64,000 nt of DNA from Octopus bimaculoides (taxonomy: Eukaryota). Below, in pieces: positions 51,695 to 64,000 of this stretch; position 1 is the first letter of the stretch, and the number at the start of each line of letters is the position of its first letter. The stretch is from assembly GCF_001194135.2 (NCBI RefSeq), contig NC_068995.1, forward strand, positions 33,429,218-33,493,217. Direction: 5' to 3'. Made by a program: the position numbers and the translations under genes. Below the pieces are notes generated by a model. That model had not been told where the DNA came from. It made no database searches and saw only the letters and a program-made list of their open reading frames with translations.

Positions 51695-54126
51695 TATTTC
51701 TGTCAATTGCTTTAATTATATGAAAGATTCCTTTATACCTTTCTAGCATTGTGTAAAGTGGTTTAGAGAGCTATAATACTCTAGTTGATTGATGCATTAT
51801 TGCCATTTCTATAGTGGATATTTGTATCTGTTCATATCTACACCTTATTTTAATATTCTAGCATTTTCCCATTTACATACTGGCTGTTTAAATTGTTCCA
51901 TCTTTAGGGGGTTTGTCTTTCAATCAGACACACAGAGAAGTAGTCTGACCACTTGTTACTGGATATTTCAAGCCTAACCAGTTCACTAAACAGATTGTGT
52001 AGCAATATCCACTCTTTTGTTGTTATTTAGAAATAAGTTGGGTAAAAAATGTGGCACAGGTGAGTGAAGTTTTAGAAGGGGGAAGATTTATTGATCTAAC
52101 TTTGAACTGAATTTTTCATCTTTTTATCCTGAAAAAAAAACTCTATATAGTAGGGAAAGCCACCTGTCTGATAAGTCCAATCACCAGTTCTCTCCAATCT
52201 CCTGTCCATTATTCAGCTGTATTTTCCATGTCCCTCATGTATATTTATTATTGCTCAACTGCCCTTGCTTGCTCTATACCTTTTTAATCAGTCTATTGCA
52301 ACTGTTACATATCTTCTTGACACCCATATTATCTTTCACTCAGATACATTACTTTGCCAAATTGTTTCCTCCTCCTCCTCATCATCATCATAATAATTCT
52401 TTATAACTACTGCTCCACCTATGTTTTCCTATTCAAACATTCCCTAGCCTACTATAATTCAAACCCAACATTAGCCATAGTAACCTTATCCTGTCATCTT
52501 ATCAGTTTGCAGTTCAAGCAAGCTACTTGGTGCCACATAACGCATTCAAAAAAAAATATGAAAAATCAGCCAATCTCTATTCAGATACTGCTCAGCTACC
52601 GTCTCATTTCATATCCACTTAATACAAGGGAATCAGTTATATTTCACTGAGATTTATAATGTTTATAACTTGAAGTTGGATATTATTTTCAAGCTTTAGA
52701 AAGGTTTTCCTATACCAGAAAGGTTGATTTAAAGACTTTTCTATAAATCATTGATTCAAATCTCAGATATGCCATCTGATAGCAAGTGACTAAATGTCAC
52801 TTGGTGATAAGAAATTATATCCAGTTTGGTCAATTGAGGTAAATAGAATAATGGACTTCTGAGTTCAAATGTCAGCTGTCTAGAACCTAAACAGGTCATT
52901 GCCTATAAATAATGAGATTATAATCAAGAATCATCCCTAATATTGTTCACCATTCAGGATTATAATCAAGAATCATCCCTGTTGTTGTTCACCATTCAGG
53001 ACACATCTGCTTCTTCAGATCTATGATCAAAGGTGTTCCAGCTTTGACCATCCCACTAGACACAGTTTATCTCAGACTATATCATCCAATGTGTTCTTCA
53101 TTTCTAAAGAAGATGAAGTTTGAGGGTGATTTGCTGCCATTGTTTGCAGGTTGTGCAACCACACAGAGGCTCTCTTGCTAGCTTGATATAATTTTAGTAG
53201 GATGAGATGTTTGACATTTTTACCTTGCAATATCTTCTTATATTCCAGTAGACAAAAGAGTTTAATCTAATGAAGCTTGCAGTAAAGCAAAGACCTGGAG
53301 GGAAGAATTGTTCAGTGTTCAGCACAGAAATGGACAACAGAAGCAAATCAAAAGACTTAGTGTTTGGATTCATGATTGTGTTAAAAATGATGACCAACAA
53401 AATATAGTTTTGTGGTTTGTATAAAAATTTAAAAAAGCAAAAATTTCTGTCGAACACCTTTGCTTACTAGTTTAAGAGTACTCTTTGAACCCCTGCCCTG
53501 TTAAAATATCATTATCCTACATGTAAATGTTTTGTAAATTCTTTAACCCTTTGGCATTTAAATCAGCCATATCTAGCCCAAAATATTTTTCCTGTTTTAT
53601 GCTCAAACTAGCCATATTTGACCTCTTACACCTACCCTACAATGTTATTCCTAAAGTAAAGAGTCACATCATTGAGATCTCAAAGCTAGAAGACAATGTA
53701 TGGGCAATTCAAAATAATGTAAATATATAAGCATTACATTTGATAGAGTAACCTGAATGCTAAAGAGTTAAATAAGCTATATCCAATACAAATTTTCAAC
53801 CTGTTTTATGTTCAAGCTTATCAGATCTGGCCTCTTACACCTACTCTACAAGGTCATCCTAAAAATAAACTGTTACATCATCAAAATCTGAAAGCTACGA
53901 GATAATGCATGATTAATTCAAAACAATGTGAATAAAAAAGCATTACATTTCACAGAGTAATCTATGTTAAAGGGTTAAATGATATTAACCATAAATTAAA
54001 GCAGTGAAGGTAGCAGGAATTGAATAAAAATCACTGGACATGATTTAGTTGTATTCCTCAATGTTCTAAATCCATATTTATATTCTGCTTGGATTTGCTT
54101 TGCCTTTTATCCATCTGGATTAGTAA

Positions 54127-54960
54127 CATCATCATCATCATCGTTTAACGTCCGCTTTCCATGCTAGCATGGGTTGGACGATTTGACTGAGGACTGGTGA
54201 AACCGGATGGCAACACCAGGCTCCAATCTAATTTGGCAGAGTTTCTACAGCTGGATGCCCTTCCTAACGCCAACCACTCAGAGAGTGTAGTGGGTGCTTT
54301 TACGTGTCACCCGCACGAAAATGGCCACGCTCGAAATGGTGTCTTTTATGTGCCACCCGCACAAGCCAGTCCAGGGGCACTGGCAACGATCTCACTCGAA
54401 AATCCTACGGGAGCCAGTCNNNNNNNNNNNNNNNNNNNNNNNNNNNNNNNNNNNNNNNNNNNNNNNNNNNNNNNNNNNNNNNNNNNNNNNNNNNNNNNNN
54501 NNNNNNNNNNNNNNNNNNNNNNNNNNNNNNNNNNNNNNNNNNNNNNNNNNNNNNNNNNNNNNNNNNNNNNNNNNNNNNNNNNNNNNNNNNNNNNNNNNNN
54601 NNNNNNNNNNNNNNNNNNNNNNNNNNNACGAAGGTCTTGCCTCACCACCTCAGCCCAGGTCTTCCTGGGCCTACCTCTTCCACGGGTTCCCTCAACTGTT
54701 AGGGTGTGGCACTTTTTCACGCAGCTATCCTCATCCATTCTCACCACATGTCCATACCAGCGCAATCGTCTCTCTTGCACACCACAACTGATGCTTCTAA
54801 TGTTCAGCTTTTCTCTCAAGATACTTACACTCTGACGGGTATTCACATTGACATTACACATCCAACGGAGCATACTGGCTTCATTCCTTGCGAGCTTACG
54901 TATGTCCTCAGCAGTTACAGCCCATGTTCCACTGCCATGTAGCATGGCTGTTCGTACGCA
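54127..54960 (-). mobile_element. 5'-truncated young RTE-clade LINE (RT C-terminus, 3' UTR, (GAT)n tail)
   Basis: Open minus frame MLHGSGTWAVT...RRLRWYGHVVRMDEDSCVKKC...GRGRPRKTWAEVVRQDLR; 3' UTR ends ...GGACGTTAAACGATGATGATG. Confidence 0.92.
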
Positions 54961-57900
54961 TTGGAGCTATTTAATTAATTGTATATATTCCCAATAAAAA
55001 TTAGGCTTTGTTCCTTATTAAAAGAAAATATTAATCCAAAATATTTTGTGTCATTCTTTGGGCTGTTTCTTAAGATTTTACCTCATAAAATAATCCTAAT
55101 CTTTGTTGTCATAATTGTTATATCTGCTTTCCATGCTGGCATGGGTTAGATGGATTATAATTAACTGATTTAGTTCTGAATTGGGGTTACTGCCCTCCTA
55201 GATGACCGAGAGACCATCTCTCGACGATATAAACTATATAAATTTGCACACCATGTAAAAAGAGAAAATTGACATGAAAAATCTAAGACACCACTGCCAC
55301 CTGACATTAATCACCAGCTCATCATACCACGAACAGCTGTAAATAATTTAACCCTTTTAAATTAAGATTACTACTAATAGCTACCATAAAAGTAATCCAA
55401 TTTCATTAGAAAGTGAGAAAACAATAAATAAATAAGAAATAAAAGCATGTGTTGAAGACAATTTGGATATAGCTATTTTAAGATGCTTTTTAAACTCTGA
55501 CCTACTGCAATAAAATTTTACGAACTCTTGGCTTGAAAGAGTTAACTACCCCTAGTGTCATTAAGTCTGGTAATTCAATACAATGTAGTAAAATAATGGA
55601 CCTCAAATATTACTTGAATGTCTAAATGAAATCTCATAGATGTGTTGTTACAAGTTTTTACATGCAACAAAGTGAGGTGTTAGGGCTGTACATCCTGACT
55701 GTTCAGTCTAAACAATGAACAATGTTGAAAAGTGAGTTAAACCTGATTTACTGAATATCTCAGTAAATCTGACACATGATAAAATTGCTGAAAGAAAATA
55801 TTAACGGGATTTAGTTCAATAGATTGATAAGATAGGATATCTTTTTGTTTGTTTCTTTCATTTTTGCTTTTTTTTTTTTCTCTACACCTGTTTTCACGTG
55901 TTGGATTGAAAAGACAAATTTAGGAATTTTACAGCAGTATACTCCTTCATGTAAACTATTTCATCATAGAAATGGCTTATTAGAATTATTTTTTTCTAAA
56001 AAAAGGTATTTTATTTGAGAATATATAGCAGATTTTGAAGTGACCACAATTATGATAATAATGGGGAAGGTGCTTCATAAATAACAGATCAACAACTCAG
56101 CACTTTTAACCCATTAACATTTAAACCAGCCATATCCGACCCAAATATTCTACTTGTTTTATGTAAAACTGACTAGATCTGGTCTCTCAAACCTACCTTA
56201 CAATGTCATTCTAAAAATAGACAATCACATCATCAAAATCTTGAAGCTACAAGATAATGCATGATTAATTCAAAACAATGTGAATAAATAATACATTTGA
56301 CAAAGAAATCTGAATGCTAAAGAGTTAGCACTTAAATCACTAGTAGAACCAACAGTCTTCTTTGGTGTTCTTGTTTAAGCTAATAGTTTTAATCCTTAGG
56401 AGATAACAAGGTCAATCTCTTGGCCAAAAAAGTTGAAAGATGAAGATTGTATTAGTTCATTCAATTTCCTACATATAGTTATATATATGTAAATTAATTA
56501 CTTTATTTTTTATAATTTTTTTTGAAAAATAAGTGCATGCCCTCTGTAGGACTTGTGAAAAGGGCTCCATCTTCTTGGCACTGAAACTCCAAATGAGGCT
56601 CTGTCTCCAAAGGATTAAGGCAGTGAATTGGTAAAATTATCAGTGTCTCAGATACCACTGCCGCTGCCGCCACCGCCACCTCTACCACCACCACCACCAC
56701 CACCTACTGACCACTTTGCACTCCTATATCATCCCTCCTCAATAAGGATGTAAACTCTTTTGGTTTTGGTACATTTTTCTTTCAGAAGTTAATTCACTTT
56801 GATAATGGTCAAAGTGGGATTTTTTTGGTACAAAGCTAAAATAGATACTGCAAGATATCCCATCTGATGCTCCACCAGTTCTACGAATCCATCAACTTTG
56901 GATGGGTATTTTATTTATTGATACTGAAAGCATGAAAGGCTAAGGTGACTTTGGTGATGCTTGAATTCTGAGTGTAAAGAGATGAGACAAATAGCCACAG
57001 GGTTTTTTTATCCAATGCTCTACAGACTCTTTCAATTCACCACTATAGGAATGAATGCTGTTAGAAGTGAGAGAAAGCAGCTTGCTAATGGACAAAAGTG
57101 GAAGACTTTAGTGAACCTTTAACTACACCAGAGTTAATAGAAAATAGATTGGAGAGCATAAAGGTTTCTAATCCAAGAAATGAGAGACAGATGAAACAGG
57201 GGTAGGGGCAACTTAAGAGATTCTGATTGCAGACTACTGAGCAAGGCTTTGCTTATGTATCCTGTTCGATATTACTTTTGTTGGTAAGGTGGCAAGTTGG
57301 CAGGCTCGTAAGCACAGTGGACAAAATGCTTAGCAGCATTTTGCCCACTATCTACCAAATCTACTCACAAGGCTTTGGTCAGCCCAGGGCTATAGTGGAA
57401 AACACTTGCCCAAGGTGCCCTGCAGTGGGACTGAACCTGTGACCATGTGTTTGGGAAGCAAGCTTCTTACTACACAGCCATGCCTGTACCTATAGTTATT
57501 GTTACTGTTATATTTGAGATGTTGGAAGTGAATGTGACAGGTGAGTATCTGGCAAGGTCAAAGAAATTGTCAAATTTGGAGAGGGAATACATGATAGTGT
57601 GTTTCTAACAAATGAAGAGTTTGGTAAAGATGAGAGTCAGCTTTGGAGTATACTTTGGAGAGACAGAGAAGATTTTGCATGTGGCAACTGTATGTAGAGG
57701 TAAAACTGGGAGTCTGGACAATGAGAGCCTCATAGGGGTTTTATTAAGTGTGTGTTGTGTGAGTTTGGAGGTGAAGCAAGTAATAAATTGTGGAGATCTT
57801 TTCAGCAGAAATTTTGCTAATGGAGCTGTGTTGATTGATGAGTGATGAGTGGAGGGTTCTGTAAAATCGAGTCAAAGTTCACTCTTTTTTGTTGAAAGCA

Positions 57901-60900
57901 GTGAGAATTAATTACCCAGCATATTTATCATTATTCTAACTTGTATGAGATGAATAAAAAAAATCATTTGTTTTGATACAGCACACTTTTTAAGAAAGGG
58001 AAGTATCATTAACCCTTTACCATGCAGATTACTCTGTCAAATGTAATGCTTTTTTAATTCAAATTGTTTTGAATTAATCATGCATTATCTTATAGCTTTG
58101 AGGTTTCAATGATGTGATTTTTTATTTTGAGTAGGTTAGATGTGAGAGGTTTTGTAGTCAGTTTGGATGCAAAACATAGAATATTTGGGCTGGATATGGC
58201 TGGTTTTAATCCTAAAGGGTTAAGTGAATAAAATTCACCATATTTCTTGCAGGGGATGAATTCAATAGTGTCAACTGGGAATGATCAATGCAGCACTACA
58301 AATTAAGTGTTTATTTGGGCATTTTCCAATCAAGTAGAACTTATCTACTCTCCATGCCAAAGGTTGTATTTATCCTAAATTCTCAAAACCATTATGTGGA
58401 ATGTAGCTACAAGGTCAAAGTACTGGGTTATTAATACCTCACTATGAATTTAAATCTTACTGTAATCTTACTTTCATCTATACACTTTATAATGTACAGG
58501 TGCAATGTTGGAGTGTTGTTGACAAATTTGCTTCACATTCACATGGTCCTGGTTTGATGAAATCATTGCATGGCACCTTGGCAAGTAACTTCTACCATAA
58601 CTGCAGAATGACCAAAGAACAACTGTGCTGACTGTCTCCGTTCTCTCCATCACCTGCCCTAAAACTTCTACTTGACCATAGCAAAGTACATTTTGTTGTT
58701 GGCATTTGAGCCAGATTTTGGATCAGGAGATTTGATATTTCTCATTGCAATAACCTGTGAGGTTTTTTCTTTACTTTCCTTCCAACCAGGCTTACAAGCC
58801 CTGCTAAAGTTCATGGCACTGCTCTTCTTTTTTCAACTATACCATAAAAATAATTCTGTTTGTCCCAGTTTATTGTGCTAACTACAGATTCCACTCTTGT
58901 TTCAATGTAATATAATTTAATGAAAACAGAATTCACTTGTAAAACCTGTTGTTTAGGCAATATGTAAATGTTCAAAATTGTGAGAAACATTGAACTTATA
59001 TCATACCGTGAAAAAAAAAAATGGATGTAAAATCAAACACACAGTGTGTGTGTAAATGCTACCTTCCTTACTTATAAAATACCTACTACACACACACCTT
59101 CCAGCCAGGTGTACCCCATAGTTAGAAGAAGAGACATGAGCTTAGGTCAAGAATTAAGTTTTATGCAATCAACTGGCTACAAAGTTACATGACCTACCAC
59201 CAGCAGTTGTTGTAAGATTGACACAAAAATACTCTCACCTGCTGTAACATTTTCTAGAAGTGATATAATCCCTAAAACAAATTCCCTTCAGCTTTACTAA
59301 TGATACACTTATTAAACTGCACAACCTTAATGGAATTTTTCAATCTCCTTTCCTTCCTAACAATGACAATATTCTGTACTCTGCTAACACTAAGGAGCCC
59401 TACCAGCTGCCTTCTGACAAGATCAATATACATGACCAGTTGAAGTCTAGTGCTTAACTTTAGAAATAATGTTACATTAAGGTATCAATTATCATTTAGC
59501 TTAGAAACATTCAGTTTCAATTGATTTCTCATACAATGGCTTTTTTCCCTTTATTTATTTATTATATTTATTTCTGATGCCAATTTTTGAAGATAAAAGA
59601 GACATAATTGAAAATAAAACTACATTAAATGGTTATTGAACTAGAGCATATATTTGGAGGAATTAATTTATCAAAAGAAAACCGGTTAATCATATGTAAT
59701 AATTACAAACTAACAACAATAAAAGCAACAATGATTTGACTATAAAATAATTCTAGTATGTATAATTTTTAACACACAATGGGTACATAATCATTTATCT
59801 ACATGACTTTCTATTTACTCCTGAAGGCAGTTGTTTTGATATGCTTACTTAACATTAGACTAACATGAATTAAACATTAAAACAATACAAAAGAAACCGA
59901 GTACATTGAAACCAAGTCGTTAAAGCCAAATCTAAGGCTTTAAATGTTCATCATTGAACTGTTGGAATAGAACAAGTCAATGAGTAAAACGGTCAGATGT
60001 ATGAGAAAGCTATTGATACATAAATATGTTTATACTGATGCAGTTGTTAGTGTGTGGTTAAGAAGTTCATTTTGTAACCATGTTACAAAGACAAGAGGAT
60101 GTTGAGGAGGGAGGAGGAGAAACCGTGGGGAGAGAGTCACTGAAAGAAAGAGTCAGGAGAGTGTTGTAGAGATAAGAAGTCAGGGGGAAGATGAGTGCAG
60201 TAAGAGCATCTCAGCCACCACCTCATTTTCTGTTTTAGCATTGTTTTTTTTCTGTTCTTGCACAGATGCTCAGTTTTCTTCAGCACTACAATCAACAATT
60301 GTTGTGGTCTCTTGGCATTTATTGTGTATCTTTAGATCAATCTTTACCAAATCACACTATGGTTTCTTAAGTCCTCCTCTTCCGCAGGTTCCATCTATTT
60401 TGAGAACTTAGCTTTTATTATATAACTGCCATAAGCCATATATATCATGTGCCCCTTCCAGTATTGTCTCCTCTCTTGCATACTACATCTGATTCTTCTT
60501 ATGTCCAGATTTTCTTTCTTTCAGCACATTTGTATTCCATTGTTCACACATACATACACAGTAACATTACACACATATCAAAGTATGCTTACTTAATTTC
60601 TTTCTAGTCTACACAAATCATCTGCATTCAAGGCCTTTATCTCACTACCAAGGCAGTCACACACTTTGTACACAAGCATCATATAATCTACCTTTCACTC
60701 TGTATGAGAGGCCCTTTGGTGATAGTTCCTTGAACATCTTCCCAACTTGTTATTTTGGTTACTTTGCTTACAGAACACCAACCTCCATTGCTAATTTGGT
60801 CACCTAAGTAACAGAAATTATGAACAACTTCATAATTAATACCCCTGTGCACTTGCTGCATATGAAGGTTACCTTTTCTGTTAGCCTACCTGTGATTCCA

Positions 60901-63099
60901 CTACATCTCTAGTATGTCCATTGTTTGCACTGGGCACATGGTATTGAGTATCTATCTGCTCCATTTTAGTACACCAAAGACAGAGATTTTGCTGGTGTTC
61001 TGTCCTGCATTCTTTACTAATTAGCAAAACCTGTACTTCAACTAGTACTTCACTGAAAATCTGGCTGCTTGATACTCAAACTTTCATATTTTCCTTCTCC
61101 AAACTTCCTTTTTCTGAGTTCACCTAGTTCTTATCTTTAAGTCATTAATCTCTTTTTCTTTCTTGCCCCTCTGTATGTGTTTATGATAAGACTATTGCTG
61201 AGTCAAAAGGTTGACTAAGACAGTTGGTAAAATTTAGAACAATAAAATAAGTACGACACTGAAATAAACACCAGAGTCACTGTAAGTGACTAAAGATGGT
61301 GTTCCAGCATGGCTGCAGTTCAATGACTGACACCAGTAAAAGAATAAAAGGATATATTTATGCTGCTCCAGAAATATGGATGGTAAAGGTCAGAAATTTG
61401 AAGGAGATGGCAAGTCAATTGAATACCTGACAGTCATTTTACTGACATTAGAAGGCTGAAAATAAAAGTCAACTCTGGTGAAACTTGAACATGAATAAAA
61501 AAGGATGTAAATAAATATTGCAAACTATTTAATTGGTATTTTATTATTTGTGGTTGGCCATCAATAAGTAATGACATCTTTTGACTGGGCACAAATAAGG
61601 CTGGATTATATCAACGACAAAGGGATGATCTTGGTATGGTTTGAAAATGTGTGTTGTAGAACATAAATATTGTAAAGTACTTAATATGATACTCTATCAG
61701 TAGTGTCATTCTACAATTTTCTAAATATAGCAAAACAATGAGAGAACTTACAGGTGGTTGCTTGACCTGCTAGAAATAGCAGCAAATTTCCTTTAAATCA
61801 CTCCCCACAATTTATTAAAAAAAGGAAGACAATATAACTCAAAGTGGTCATGAATGGAATGTAACTCAATTGGGATTAACATAGGTAGTTAAACAACAAC
61901 AACAACAACATTTTAACAATGATGAAATCTCAATAAGCATTGGTTCTCATAAAGCTGGTGCTTTGTTAATTAAATAAAAGATTACCCTTGTTAATAGGAA
62001 GTTAGTTTATTATAGATAATGTAGATAGAAAGAAAGTTTGATAACTTTTTACCACAGCTGTCTAAATAGAAGTATACAGAGCTAGTCATATTCCTGAATT
62101 AGTTATGTTCCTGAGCTGGTTATTCCACTGCTTATTCTATCTTAGTATTTTACTAATACTTAATAACGAGCAAGCACGTCATAATTAATAATCAGTTTCT
62201 AATAAAAGCTCAAAGGAATAAAGCCTATTTTATGCCAGCATAATCTGTCAATATTCCATTCAGCCACTGAAAACAACTAGTGGTGGAGAACAAATACTTT
62301 TATGCACAACAATAATTCCTTTTTCCTCTTCTTTGTAATTTTTCTTCTGAATTCTTTGTTATTAAACAATGACTGCAATCCTGCTTGAAGCAGAAAGTCA
62401 TTTATGAAATTATCAAGAATGATCATCATCATCATGATGTTGATGATTTCTTTTAAGTGTACAAGGCTGTTTTGTAAAGGAAGGATTTTGTTGATGAGAA
62501 TCAATTTTAGTGCATTTATTCATACTTGTGTTATTAGCACTAAGAGAAAGAACAGTCAACCACCACCACCAGCTGAAATTTATATCAGTGAAGCCTTACT
62601 AAATACTATAAAGCATGCAACTTATCTCTGTACATGTCTATGCCCATAATAGCACACCTCAATAACTATAATGGTTTCTTACTCTAGTATGTATAGTTAC
62701 AAGGAGCAGACTATATAGTCAATTGAATCAACTCTTATTTATTGACTGTGAAAGGAGTAAAAGTAAAAATCAACCCCAAATGGATCTCAACTGAGATTGT
62801 AGAGAGAATAAATTAAATAATGCAAGACATTTCTTCCAGCACTGTCCGAGCTCAGTATCACTAAGGTCAACATTATTTTACCATCCAGGCTTGATAAATG
62901 AGTTAAATTCAATTAACAATACTTCCATACAAATTTGTTGTTCTGAATCAATTAAGTATATTCCACACTTCTAAACAATCTGTCATCTGGTGCTAGTTGA
63001 CTACATTTCCATAGAATTAACCATCGTCATTGTTGTTGTCACTCTCATCCTCATTAACATTATAATGTCCACTTTTTCATGCTTACAGCAGGATGCCCT

Positions 63100-63852
63100 G
63101 TTTCCAAATAAGGTTATATTCTCTATGACCAGACACATTTTCAAAGATGATTGGAGAGGACACCACATGCATGATAATGACCCTTGTTTACAACGATAAC
63201 AAGAAGTCAAGGCAAGGAATCATTAACAGATACACACACACCAGAGTCTCTGAGCGAAATTTGACAGTGTGCAAAGAAACAATCCATGCACTGGAGACAC
63301 CCCTCCTCATCTGCTTCAAAGAAGGCCAAAGCTGTTTCATTTGCAGGGAAGGTGATGGCCTCAGTTTTTTTGGATGCAAAAGGCAATGTGCTTATTGACT
63401 ATGTTCAAAAGAGTCACACAATCAATGGAGGGTACTATGCCAACTCACTGAAGCAGTTATGAAAGGCTATCAAGACAGCATGCCCAGGAAAACTGACAAA
63501 AGGGGTCTTGTTTCATCAGGACAATGCTCCAGCACACAAGTCCTTGGATTCAATGGTTGTTGTATGTGACTGTTTGATCAGCCAACCTATTCTCCTGATT
63601 TGGCCACATCTGACTATCATCTCTTTCTTAATATGAAAAAAAACTTGGCTGTGAAGCAGTATCTCAGTGATGATGACATCATATCTGTTGTTGATGACTC
63701 TTTTGACTAACAGGATGAAAGCTTCTTCACCAATGGGATCCAAACATGGCAACACCACTGGAAATGTATGGACTATGTTGAAAAATAAGCCTCATTTGGT
63801 CACATTCCATGAGAGTATTTTGATCAACCTATGAACTTTTTAGCCAACCCTT
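63100..63852 (+). mobile_element. Degenerate mariner transposase, C-terminal half
   Basis: Frameshifted motifs KAKAVSFAGKVMASVFWDAKG, GVLFHQDNAPAHKS, YSPDLATSDYHLF, DYVEK*. Confidence 0.85.
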
Positions 63853-64000
63853 ATAATATAAAATAGTTATGTAAACTATATGAAGGTTCATACCTTTTTC
63901 TCTTTCTCAGACTTGTTTCAATCACTGTACTGAGGCCATGCTGGGGCACTGATTTAATAGGGTTAGTGGAATAAATCAACCCTGAGTACTTATTTTTTAA

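Larger units (their letters stand above)
4107..58219. mobile_element. Dispersed ~200-bp piggyBac-type MITE family: 4107-4298, 24799-24996, 31555-31762, 35182-35381, 53547-53767, 53770-53974, 56110-56324, 58013-58219
   Basis: Shared CCCTTTAGCATT...AATGCTAAAGGG termini, mostly flanked by TTAA, with a common internal core (ccagatctggcctctc, aaaacaatgtgaataaa). Confidence 0.8.

Noticed and set aside
52915-53005. 42-bp tandem repeat (also short tandem units at 44445-44520 and 31960-32010) as a CRISPR-like array
   Set aside because: Two or three adjacent copies without unique spacers, in a eukaryotic context; simple local duplications.
55199-55235. Hairpin CGAGAGA-CCA-TCTCTCG preceded by TAGATGA
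   Set aside because: No GAAA after the stem and no stem I or III; insufficient for a hammerhead.
56503-56703. 66-aa minus ORF starting with poly-V/A
   Set aside because: Driven by a (CCA/GCC)n microsatellite; no splice or homology support.

Overview
AT-rich, repeat-dense eukaryotic scaffold with many N gaps. It is almost certainly an octopod cephalopod (Octopus-type tRNA-derived SINEs, RTE tails ending in (GAT)n, abundant TA/CA microsatellites); this is recognised from repeat content, not a database hit. The only host gene I can support is mitochondrial ribosomal protein L24 (MRPL24, + strand): four coding exons at 18289-27684 with GT-AG introns in consistent phase; its 5' exon(s) were not found. 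The rest is transposon-derived: a full-span Tc1 with a DD36E triad, three mariners (one carrying a Merlin/IS1595-like fragment), a Gypsy pol remnant, piggyBac remnant and MITEs, hAT and mariner MITEs, Helitron ends including a 91-bp mini-element, RTE and CR1 LINE pieces, and a Penelope-like GIY-YIG remnant. The most interesting signal is a set of minimal type-I hammerhead ribozyme motifs: three sequence-unrelated families (5 copies) plus a fourth decayed one. Two families sit in long inverted repeats, one of which ends about 20 nt before the last MRPL24 splice acceptor and has circularly permuted arms. All homology calls are by eye; ribozyme activity is untested.
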